Shown here: piece after piece, positions 8,562 to 16,538 of the stretch
How positions within the stretch are numbered: the first letter of the stretch is position 1
Layout: the number at the start of each line of letters is the position of its first letter
DNA from: an uncultured bacterium
GTDB lineage: Bacteria; Babelota; Babeliae; Babelales; Vermiphilaceae
NCBI GenBank assembly: GCA_963713925.1
Contig: OY970212.1
Coordinates: forward strand, 986,437 to 1,018,436
Length of the DNA stretch: 32,000 nucleotides
Direction of reading: 5' to 3'
Notes under the pieces: model-generated
The model's database searches: none
Told to the model about the DNA's origin: nothing
What the model saw: only the letters and a program-made list of their open reading frames with translations
Made by a program: the position numbers and the translations under genes

Positions 8562-8648
8562 TCTAATTTTTATTAACGCCTCTTTTAATCCATGCTACGA
8601 TACAAAAGTTAACAAATAAGAAAAACCACCACTTTTGAGCATGTACGT

Positions 8649-10001
8649 ATGAGTAGCATCCTTTTTTCCCTTATTCTTGTTCTTATTACCGCTGTATACC
8701 TGGGCATCAGCATTGTTATGTCCGGCAGAATCAAAAGCGGTTCTGACTATTTCTTGGCTGGCAAAAATCTCGGCTTTTTTGGCTTGACCGGCACACTCAT
8801 TGCCACCCAGCTGGGAGGCGGCATGCTTTTGGGCACCGCACAAGAGGCATATCAGCATGGCCTTTGGGGAATTTTATACACAGTCGGCATCAGTCTTGGC
8901 TTTTTGATGTTGGCCTCAGGGGTGGCAAGCAAGCTGCAATCGCTTAATGTTAGAACCACTGCCGAACTTTTCACCACGCGCTATAAATCTCCTGCATTGA
9001 CCATGATTGCATCAGCTCTTTCAATTGCCACGCTCTGCGGCCTTTTAATCGCTCAAATTGTCGCATCGAAGGCAGTGCTTGCAAGCATCGGATTTGGCAA
9101 TCCAATCATCTTTGCCCTTCTGTGGCTTTTAATAATTGCCTACACGATGATTGGTGGACTTTCGGCAGTCGTTGTCATGGATTCGATTCAGGTCGTGATG
9201 GTCATTGTCGTATTCTTGGGACTCTTTTTGTATAGTCTATTTTCAAATCCAACTTCGCTGAGCACTTTCTTTACTCTTTCAAGCTCAACGCCGGCAACAT
9301 ATAATATCACCGGCATCATCTTAATGCCGGCTCTTTTTGCACTCATTGAACAAGATTTGGCTCAGAAATTTTTTTCAGCGAAAAATAGCAAAGTTGCCAG
9401 CTGCGCGGCTGCCGCGGCAAGCATGTGTCTTCTGTTGTTTGCATGTATTCCCGTTTACTTCGGTATGTATGCAAAGCAAATATCGCTTGCATTGACTCCC
9501 GCCTCAAGCCCTTTGTTGCCTATGGTACAATTTTTAACCAATGATGCTGTTGTCGCGCTCGCATTGTATGCTATTTTGGCAGCCATCATTTCAACGGCAG
9601 ACTCATTGCTGTCAGCCGTCAGCTCAAATATTGCTCAAGACTTTGGTTCGCTCTGGAATTGGATGGGTGATTCCCTGCGCCGAGGACAAATCATTACCTG
9701 CCTAACTGGCATCGGGGCGTTTATCATTGCTCGATACATGCCAGCAAATATTATTCACATCTTGATTGGTAGTTACGAACTTTCAGTGGTCTGCTTACTC
9801 GTTCCGTTATTGATGTGTTACTACCGCACGAACACTCCGCGCGCCAGCGCGTATGGAGCCATTGTAGGAGGCTTGTTTGGATTTATTGTTTTTAGGTTCG
9901 TTCCGATCTTTATTCCACGTGAAATTGCTGCACTTGCATGTTCCGCGATTGGCTATTTTATACCCCAACTCCGCTTACGCTCCGATCGGGGGCCCCGTTA
10001 A
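8649..10001 (+). CDS. sodium:solute symporter (SSS) family transporter
   Basis: 450 aa and about 12 TM. The N-terminal region SGSDYFLAGKNLGFFGLTGTLIATQLGGGMLLGTAQEAY is typical of PutP/PanF-type SSS carriers. Confidence 0.8.
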   Translation: MSSILFSLILVLITAVYLGISIVMSGRIKSGSDYFLAGKNLGFFGLTGTLIATQLGGGMLLGTAQEAYQHGLWGILYTVGISLGFLMLASGVASKLQSLNVRTTAELFTTRYKSPALTMIASALSIATLCGLLIAQIVASKAVLASIGFGNPIIFALLWLLIIAYTMIGGLSAVVVMDSIQVVMVIVVFLGLFLYSLFSNPTSLSTFFTLSSSTPATYNITGIILMPALFALIEQDLAQKFFSAKNSKVASCAAAAASMCLLLFACIPVYFGMYAKQISLALTPASSPLLPMVQFLTNDAVVALALYAILAAIISTADSLLSAVSSNIAQDFGSLWNWMGDSLRRGQIITCLTGIGAFIIARYMPANIIHILIGSYELSVVCLLVPLLMCYYRTNTPRASAYGAIVGGLFGFIVFRFVPIFIPREIAALACSAIGYFIPQLRLRSDRGPR

Positions 10002-10019
10002 GATCGGAAACAAATTTAG

Positions 10020-10153
10020 AGCTTATACGAAACTTAAGCTTTCTAAATAAAAGGTCGGTTGTCATGCTGAACTTGTTTCAGCATCTAGGTTAAGTGGATC
10101 CTGAAATAAATTCTGCCCTGACAAAGCAATAAAGAACTTCTGGAAATTTTCGG
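10020..10153. repeat. MITE-like intergenic repeat, copy B
   Basis: Same element as 7497-7693 without the 44-bp insertion. The ends GCTTATACGAAA and TTTCGGACAAGC form a 10/12 imperfect terminal inverted repeat. Confidence 0.7.
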
Positions 10154-10161
10154 ACAAGCTC

Positions 10162-10803
10162 TTACTCGTTTAATTCATCCATCACCGCATCGAGAGAATC
10201 AACTATCGTAAAATAGTTTCGATGTTTTTTTGCAATATATTCTCGCTGTTCGGCCATTTCAAACCATTCAACAATTGGCGCCCAATAGGCTGTGCCAATG
10301 AGAATGGTTCGGCACCTTTTTTTCATGCCATGCTTGCATCTATTAAGCAGATCAAATAATTCATCCATGGTGCCAATGCCGCCCGGCAAGACTATAAAAG
10401 TTTGTGACAAACTTATAAGCAATTCTTTGCGCACTAAAAAAGTATCAACTTTCATCATGTGCCCATATGGATTATGAAAATGTTCATCAATTCCTTTTAC
10501 CGCTATCCCCAATGATCTATTTTCTTTGCCCAAATGAAGTGCTGCCTCATAAGCGCCTTGATTAACAGCTACCATAAATCCAGGGCCACCGCCCGTAATA
10601 ACGCCATACCCTTTTTGCACCAGCAATCGCCCGAGTGCGTGTGCTTGGCTAATCAAAACATCACTTTCATGCACCAATGAAGATCCAAAGACGGTAACTC
10701 GTTGCACAGGCATTTTTCGAACATACCATTGCACTTTTACTATGCAATAAGCTGAGTATAGGTATCTAAAAAAAGTTGATAGAACTTCACTAAACTTCAT
10801 CAT
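10162..10803 (-). CDS. LOG-family (TIGR00730/COG1611) nucleotide phosphoribohydrolase-like protein, paralogue 2
   Basis: Motifs TGGGPGFM and PGGIGTMDELF (PGGxGTxxE). The ATG at 10803 overlaps the upstream TGA as ATGA. Confidence 0.8.
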   Translation of the reverse strand: MMKFSEVLSTFFRYLYSAYCIVKVQWYVRKMPVQRVTVFGSSLVHESDVLISQAHALGRLLVQKGYGVITGGGPGFMVAVNQGAYEAALHLGKENRSLGIAVKGIDEHFHNPYGHMMKVDTFLVRKELLISLSQTFIVLPGGIGTMDELFDLLNRCKHGMKKRCRTILIGTAYWAPIVEWFEMAEQREYIAKKHRNYFTIVDSLDAVMDELNE

Positions 10804-11480
10804 GCACCTTTCTTCTTGCCCATATGAATTTCGCAAACCCCTAAGACAATACTTTTGACATATTCTAAATCATCGGTAACAGAAAGCATGTCGAGCTGAT
10901 TCTGGGTTATTAAACCTCCGCGTAAGGCATCACTATTAATCCAATCGAAAAAGCCTTTCCAATAGGTAGACCCAAATAAAATAACAGGCATTTGTGGAAT
11001 TTCTTTTGTGTACATCAACGTTAGTACTTCCGTCAATTCATCTAATGTGCCAAATCCACCGGGGAAAACTACAAAAGCCGTTGAATAATGTATGAGCAAC
11101 CATTTACGGGCAAAAAGATAATCGAGCAAAAAATATTGTTTTACACACTTATTTCTTTCTTCTTTGAGAACTTTCACACCGACGCCAATCACAACTGCCT
11201 TTGAATGAGGATTTGGTAAAATACATGTTGCAGCTTCCATAACCCCGGGGCCTCCGCCAGTAAGCACAGAGATATCATGTGCGATAAAATACTGAGACAA
11301 TGCTCTAATATGCTCTGCAAGGTGCATATCTCCCCTTCTCAGATTAGCCCCGCCAAAGATACTGACGATTGGTCTGTTTACTTTATTTAAGTATCGAATA
11401 CCTGAGAGCGTTTGATAAAAAACGTGCATAAATTCATATGCTTGAACAACCAATACTTTCACTCTTTCAAAATAATTCAT
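10800..11480 (-). CDS. LOG-family (TIGR00730/COG1611) nucleotide phosphoribohydrolase-like protein, paralogue 1
   Basis: Motifs TGGGPGVMEAA and PGGFGTLDELTE. Start taken at MNYFERV (11480); the ORF-track start at 11504 is the alternative. Confidence 0.8.
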   Translation of the reverse strand: MNYFERVKVLVVQAYEFMHVFYQTLSGIRYLNKVNRPIVSIFGGANLRRGDMHLAEHIRALSQYFIAHDISVLTGGGPGVMEAATCILPNPHSKAVVIGVGVKVLKEERNKCVKQYFLLDYLFARKWLLIHYSTAFVVFPGGFGTLDELTEVLTLMYTKEIPQMPVILFGSTYWKGFFDWINSDALRGGLITQNQLDMLSVTDDLEYVKSIVLGVCEIHMGKKKGA

Positions 11481-11531
11481 GATGAATCTCCTAATTATAC
11501 CCAATCATCGTTATCACTTGATTGGGACCCG

Positions 11532-11894
11532 TTATTTTTTATCCGGTTGTATTAATTCAAGCATCCATATGATCTGTTGTTCCGCTTTCGAACCGACCAA
11601 TTGTTCGTCTTTAAGCGCTTTGAGCTTTTGAATAAATGATTCATCCGAAACATGCACCGCGAATTTACAATAATATCCAAATTCTTTACCATGTCGTTGG
11701 ACTACCGTATGAAGCAACATTTCTTGCGCCGCCTGTTTGAATTCTTTGTCAAAAAAAGCACGTTTGTTGACGAGCAATCTAAGTAATTCTTCTTTGATAT
11801 AACCTGATCCATGATAATTCATATTCGCTTCAAGCCACCATATCGTTTTCATAAGAATTTCTTTATCAACATTCGATTCATCAACTTTTTTCAA
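11532..11894 (-). CDS. hypothetical protein (120 aa from the TTG); in frame with ftsI
   Basis: ORF with no ATG or Shine-Dalgarno sequence at its 5' end. The first ATG is codon 15. It shares a reading frame with ftsI, with 33 sense codons after the ftsI TGA. Confidence 0.45.
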   Translation of the reverse strand: MKKVDESNVDKEILMKTIWWLEANMNYHGSGYIKEELLRLLVNKRAFFDKEFKQAAQEMLLHTVVQRHGKEFGYYCKFAVHVSDESFIQKLKALKDEQLVGSKAEQQIIWMLELIQPDKK

Positions 11895-11993
11895 ACGAGT
11901 GATGACATAATCATCTGCATATGAAGCAATCCAATTACCACCTTCAATAACGAATTTAATAAATTTTTTCTTTTTTATGTCTTTTTTCCTTTT

Positions 11994-13661
11994 TCATGCA
12001 ATAACCTTGTCATGAATAATCATTTTTTGTGCAATCCGCTCAAAAAGTGGTGCTGCAACGGTTGAAGCGTAAAGAGCGCGCGTATGTTCCATTTCATCTC
12101 GTGCATACGCTTCTTTGACAAAAACAACGATTACTCTCTGATAATCACCCTTTTGAACAATGCCTGCGCACGTGAAAATATTTGCGCGAGTATCATATAC
12201 ACCGTTTTTTAACAAATTCGCCGTTCCTGTTTTGCTCATTATTTTGTAGCCATCAATGCGCGCTCGACGCGTTGTTCCCGTTGTCGTGGTAAGTTCCAAA
12301 ATGTTTTTAATTTCTTGAATAATGCCGGGATCATATAATTGATCAAAAGCATCATTATCAATTTTTTTTACCATGTGCAGGTGAACATCTTTGCCATCAC
12401 GCGCAATGATAGCAAATGCACGTGCTAACTGGGTAAGTGTAGCAGTTACTTCATATCCATATGACAGTGAAATAATCGATTGCTTTGACCATTTGAGTGG
12501 TTGATTTACAAACCCTGCGTGCTCTCCCATAAGTGAAACACCCGTCAAAGAGCCGAACCCCAGACGCTTGTAATGATCGTACAGTTTTTTACCCACGCGC
12601 TTTGCCACAATTGCAATGCCGATATTATTTGATACGGCAATCACTTCGCGGAACGGAATTACGCCACGCACCGATCCTGGCACGGTGTTAATAGGTCTTC
12701 CATCAACAATGGTTGACTCAACACCCCGACAATTAATCAACTCATCTGGACTGACTACGCCTTCTTGCAATGCCGCCAACGCCGTGAAAACTTTAAAAAC
12801 GGATCCCAGCTCATATGCATCCGATATGGGGCGCATTTTTGTATTTTCAATTTCGAGATCATGCGCATTATTCGGATCAAACGCGGGTACAGACGCAAGC
12901 GCTAAAACATCGCCGGATGCCGGATCGACAATAAGTGCCGATACTTCTTTTGCACTCAGTGATTCATAGGTCGCTTGCAATTCCTCAGCAACCAAAAATT
13001 GCAAATCCGCATCGATCGTCAGTTGAATATCCGTTCCGACAAGCCCTTCCTGTTTGGTCTCATGTTGAAAATAGTAGCGCCCTGATCTCGCATCTTTTTG
13101 CAGAACAACGACCTGTGGCTTTCCCGACAACAGCGCATCATATTGTTTTTCAATTCCTAACAGCCCCTGATTGTCGATGTCTGTCATGCCGACAAGTGCT
13201 CCTGCACAGCAATAGGGATAGAATCTACCCGGTTCATTCAACAAGTGTATATCACTAAGGCCCGATTGCTGAATCAATTGAACTTCTGCGTCACTCAACT
13301 TACGCTTGATGTAAAAAAATTTCATATTTTTATCAGCACGTGCCAATCGAGCATGTGCGAGTGGAAAATGTTCGGCGAGAAATGAATCAAGCTTCTCTCT
13401 CTGACAAATCCGATGGGGAAGAACAAATGCAGAAACGGTTTCCTTATTCATTGCTAAGGGCACGTCTGATCGATCGTATATTCGCGCACGAAACGGTTTG
13501 AGAGTGACGGTTGTTTGATATTGAGCCTGAGCTTGTGCAGCATACCATGCATGGTTTACCACTTGAAGACAAAAGGCGCGCACAAGAATCACACAATAGA
13601 TGAATCCAGTAACCAAAAAGAGAACAGCTACTCTTTTTTTATACTGCCGGTTCAGAATCAT
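11994..13661 (-). CDS. ftsI: penicillin-binding protein transpeptidase (FtsI/PBP3-like)
   Basis: N-terminal TM anchor. Active-site motifs SVFK (SxxK), SNN (SxN) and KTGT. The ATG overlaps the ftsL TGA as ATGA. Confidence 0.9.
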   Translation of the reverse strand: MILNRQYKKRVAVLFLVTGFIYCVILVRAFCLQVVNHAWYAAQAQAQYQTTVTLKPFRARIYDRSDVPLAMNKETVSAFVLPHRICQREKLDSFLAEHFPLAHARLARADKNMKFFYIKRKLSDAEVQLIQQSGLSDIHLLNEPGRFYPYCCAGALVGMTDIDNQGLLGIEKQYDALLSGKPQVVVLQKDARSGRYYFQHETKQEGLVGTDIQLTIDADLQFLVAEELQATYESLSAKEVSALIVDPASGDVLALASVPAFDPNNAHDLEIENTKMRPISDAYELGSVFKVFTALAALQEGVVSPDELINCRGVESTIVDGRPINTVPGSVRGVIPFREVIAVSNNIGIAIVAKRVGKKLYDHYKRLGFGSLTGVSLMGEHAGFVNQPLKWSKQSIISLSYGYEVTATLTQLARAFAIIARDGKDVHLHMVKKIDNDAFDQLYDPGIIQEIKNILELTTTTGTTRRARIDGYKIMSKTGTANLLKNGVYDTRANIFTCAGIVQKGDYQRVIVVFVKEAYARDEMEHTRALYASTVAAPLFERIAQKMIIHDKVIA

Positions 13662-14038
13662 GCCTGAATCTCACATGGCGTAATAACACAGTATGGTTTT
13701 AAAGCACATTCAGAAATGTTGGATCTATGAGCAACTTTCGAATGAAGTGTAGGTATATGTGTCGACTCGCGTGATATTTTTTTCACTTGAGATAAACGAA
13801 TCGGCTTCATTTCAAGCTGCTTTTGAGCAAATTCTTTTATTGCTTTTCGATCGGCGTGAGCGTAAGCCTCATTCACAAGCTGTTGCTTTGCTGCCATAAG
13901 ATCATTTCGAAACGATTCTTGGCGTTGATGCTCAAACAGCAACTGAGTGCGTTTGGTGTGCTTGTAAATGTGCAAACCAACTACCGCTACATGAAAGCTC
14001 ACAAAAATAATGAAAAAGGATGCTCGCTTCATTTGCAA
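13658..14038 (-). CDS. ftsL: cell-division protein FtsL-like
   Basis: 126 aa with a single N-terminal TM (FFIIFVSFHVAVVGLHIY), then a coiled-coil region and an AQKQLEMKP segment. Sits immediately upstream of ftsI and is translationally coupled to it. Confidence 0.6.
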   Translation of the reverse strand: MQMKRASFFIIFVSFHVAVVGLHIYKHTKRTQLLFEHQRQESFRNDLMAAKQQLVNEAYAHADRKAIKEFAQKQLEMKPIRLSQVKKISRESTHIPTLHSKVAHRSNISECALKPYCVITPCEIQA

Positions 14039-14060
14039 CTCCAGAGGAAAAAACAGTTAA

Positions 14061-14090
14061 GACCCTCAAAACATAACAGTTTTGAGGGTC
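14061..14090. repeat. perfect 12-bp stem hairpin between gltX and ftsL
   Basis: GACCCTCAAAAC (14061-14072), ATAACA loop, GTTTTGAGGGTC (14079-14090). Confidence 0.6.
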
Positions 14091-14144
14091 CCATGTGAAT
14101 ACTTTTTCTGGAATTATCCCGAGCGTGCGCCTATTGCTTTATGT

Positions 14145-15581
14145 CTATGCTATCACTGCCTTTAATCTTGTCAGCGATACATCATGTCCAAGCATATTCA
14201 CCAAAACTGCCAATGCCGGCCCCTTTTCTTGTCCCGAAAGCGCCATCCTGACAAAGGTAAACATATTTTTGAGCGGGATTTGTTCCGCTTTGCATCGTTC
14301 TTTTAATCGATCGACAAAGGTTTCGGGAGTTTTCAGAAGTGATATATTTTTCTGAATGATATCTTGAATCTTTGATATATCAGTCGCCGGAATATGCTCT
14401 TGGAGCTGTTTGGTTGTAATCGCAGGATGTTTGAAATAAAATTCCAGTGAAGAAAGAGAATCTTGCAATGTAATCAGATCAGTCTTAATGTATCCGATTA
14501 AACGCTCCAACTCGCGCTCGTCAATTTTTGTGCCAAAAGTCGATTCTACGATTGGTTTGATTTGAGTTGCAAGTTCTGCATCAGGAGCTTTCTCAATCCA
14601 TTTATGATTAAACCATCGCAACTTTTCAACATCATATTTAATGGCGCCCGTCGATTTCATGTCATCAAACGGATATGCCTGAGCGAGCTCATCAAGATTC
14701 ATAATTTCTTTTTCAAAGCTTCCGCCACCGATTGTTGCCAAATAGTTACAAATCGCTTCCGACAAGAAACCTGCATTTTTTAAATCGAGCAATGAAAATC
14801 CGAAATCACGCTTGGAAAGCTTTTGTCCTTGCAAATTACAAATGATTGGCAAATGCCAAAAAAGAGGAATGGTGATCTTAAATGCTTGATATAATGCAGC
14901 CTGGCAGGCAGTATTAGTCAAATGGTCTTCGCCTCTGATGACGTGACTAATTTCCATGATCATATCGTCAACGAAGTTGGCAAACAAGAAGGTGAAGCTG
15001 CCATCAGCACGAGTGAGCGCGAAATCTGAGAAGTTAATCCAGTCGAAAGTAATTGGTCCTCGAGCCATGTCTGTGATGGTGATTGTCCCTTCAGAAGGCA
15101 CCTTGAATCGCCAGAAATGAGAAACGCCGTCTTTAAGTTTCTTGGCAATTTCTTCTTCACTCAATCGAAAACAGACGCGATCATAGCGCGGCGGCTGCTT
15201 AAGCGCCAATTGCCGTTGACGACGCTTTTCCAACTCTTCCGGAGTACAAAAGCAACGATAGGCTAATCCTTTATGCTTGAGAATCTCAAAATGCTCTTGA
15301 TAAAGGTGAGTTCGTTGTGATTGGAAATACGGCTCAAAGGTTCCACCTTTGATTGGCCCTTCCTGATAATCAAGCCCAAGCCAAAGCAAATCTTGAATAA
15401 TTTGCGTTGCTCCGGGGTCAAAATTTCTCTGTGCATCAGTATCTTCGATACGAATGATGAAGGTTCCTTTTTTTCGTTTGGCAAAGAGAAAATTGAGCAA
15501 TGCGGCACGCACATTTCCAAGATGCATCATCCCCGTCGGGGAAGGTGCAAAGCGAACGCGAATCGGCTGAGAATTGACCAT
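14145..15581 (-). CDS. gltX: glutamyl-tRNA synthetase
   Basis: Class I motifs PSPTGMMHLGN (HIGH-type) and KLSKR (KMSKS). 478 aa and GltX-like throughout. Confidence 0.93.
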   Translation of the reverse strand: MVNSQPIRVRFAPSPTGMMHLGNVRAALLNFLFAKRKKGTFIIRIEDTDAQRNFDPGATQIIQDLLWLGLDYQEGPIKGGTFEPYFQSQRTHLYQEHFEILKHKGLAYRCFCTPEELEKRRQRQLALKQPPRYDRVCFRLSEEEIAKKLKDGVSHFWRFKVPSEGTITITDMARGPITFDWINFSDFALTRADGSFTFLFANFVDDMIMEISHVIRGEDHLTNTACQAALYQAFKITIPLFWHLPIICNLQGQKLSKRDFGFSLLDLKNAGFLSEAICNYLATIGGGSFEKEIMNLDELAQAYPFDDMKSTGAIKYDVEKLRWFNHKWIEKAPDAELATQIKPIVESTFGTKIDERELERLIGYIKTDLITLQDSLSSLEFYFKHPAITTKQLQEHIPATDISKIQDIIQKNISLLKTPETFVDRLKERCKAEQIPLKNMFTFVRMALSGQEKGPALAVLVNMLGHDVSLTRLKAVIA

Positions 15582-15723
15582 ATAAATCCTAAAAAATCAC
15601 GGTAATGACGGGTATATATGCCAAGTGTATATCAACTTTACCTGAGTGACAATTCGGCCCTGCATTTCATGCGTATAAACTCATCTTGAGGTATGGATAC
15701 CGCAGTAGTTACTCAAATTTCTT

Positions 15724-15753
15724 TTGACAGTATGACGATACTTTTGCTATTTT
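15724..15753 (+). promoter_or_regulatory. candidate sigma70-type promoter
   Basis: TTGACA (15724-15729), 18-nt spacer, TATTTT (15748-15753). AAGGAAG Shine-Dalgarno sequence and the ATG at 15786 follow. Confidence 0.35.
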
Positions 15754-15785
15754 TGTCCGCAAAGAAGCACAAAAAAGGAAGTAGT

Positions 15786-16067
15786 ATGAAAAAATGTATC
15801 CGACTCACCTTCGGCGCACACGTGCCTGAAGGTTTCCTCTCAACCGTTATTCTAGCCCAGGCGCGCTCGCATGAACTGGAAGGTAGTGCTCAACACGTGG
15901 TTGCTGAATCAATCATACGCGTCATCGCATGCGGAGACAAAGATAACATAGATGATTTTCTTGATAGCGTCTTGAAAGAGCTCGCAAAAAAGAAAATCGA
16001 TGATTATGAAATTGAGCCTTTTGTAAAAGATAGGGAATACAGGGGAGTTTTTAGGATAATAGAATAG
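15786..16067 (+). CDS. small protein with an acylphosphatase-like secondary-structure pattern (93 aa)
   Basis: Start set at MKKC behind the Shine-Dalgarno sequence and promoter. The beta-alpha-beta-beta-alpha-beta pattern and length resemble the acylphosphatase fold, but the VQGVGFR active-site motif is absent. Confidence 0.4.
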   Translation: MKKCIRLTFGAHVPEGFLSTVILAQARSHELEGSAQHVVAESIIRVIACGDKDNIDDFLDSVLKELAKKKIDDYEIEPFVKDREYRGVFRIIE

Positions 16068-16538
16068 CCCCTTGTGCAGGGGGCGAGCACCAAAAGCTCC
16101 GCTCCCCGCGGTGGGGCAAGAGTAGTTTTGCCACCACTCTTGCATCTCGGGCAATTAAGACCAAGGTCTTAATGATCCCTTCAGCCGCGCCGAGTCGGCC
16201 ATACAAAATTTCTTACGAAATTTCTTCATGGCTTCCGACGTCGCTCATTGGGACTTCTCTTCTTTACCAATGCGACATTATTATCAAGCCCAAACGACGA
16301 TTCAAAGTCAAATTACAGTGCCTTAAAATCCGCTGCGATGAAATAAAGAAGTCCGGTAGTTTCTCGAGACCGAAACAATTTCGCAGAAATTGTGTGTGTC
16401 GAGGTTTGAAACGAAAGACGGATTTTTAAGGCAGAGCCTTAAATGCCTGGATTCCAAAGGAGGTGGCAAGCACCTCCTTGGCGCTGGTCCCCGCGCAGGG
16501 GACAAAAAAACCGCGCTTTCCATTGCGCAATGGACCTA
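16068..16538. ncRNA. candidate structured non-coding RNA(s); family and strand unassigned
   Basis: 471 nt without a credible ORF between convergent gene ends. GC is visibly higher than in the flanks. There are 10 or more consecutive stable hairpins, plus an H-type pseudoknot-like arrangement at about 16109-16144. Confidence 0.4.

Noticed and set aside
11994-11996. TGA reassignment (genetic code 4 or 25) as the explanation for the in-frame ORF after ftsI
   Set aside because: TGA works as a normal stop at several well-defined gene ends here (uppS, ftsL, LOG paralogue 1, SppA paralogue 1, rbfA), and all recognisable proteins have standard lengths.
15693-15785. 31-codon N-terminal extension of the acylphosphatase-like ORF
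   Set aside because: It contains the predicted -35/-10 promoter and the Shine-Dalgarno sequence for the ATG at 15786.
16079-16108. Circularly permuted (two-piece) tmRNA, with GCGAGC-ACCA at 16084-16092 as the acceptor 3' end
   Set aside because: The 3:70 pair would be U:A rather than G:U. The putative T-loop (TTGTGCA) lacks the conserved positions, and the intervening loop would be only about 3 nt. A plain local hairpin is the more likely reading.
16068-16538. Calling this block tmRNA (ssrA) or RNase P RNA (rnpB) outright
   Set aside because: I could not find the near-universal tmRNA GGAUUCGAC element, a UUCGA-type T-loop, a G3:U70 acceptor with terminal ACCA, or the RNase P GGAAAGUCC...ACAGAA..CCGGCUUA P4 pair in the right order. 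The tag-like frame ends in ..AAMK rather than ..AA-stop. Kept only as an unassigned ncRNA candidate.
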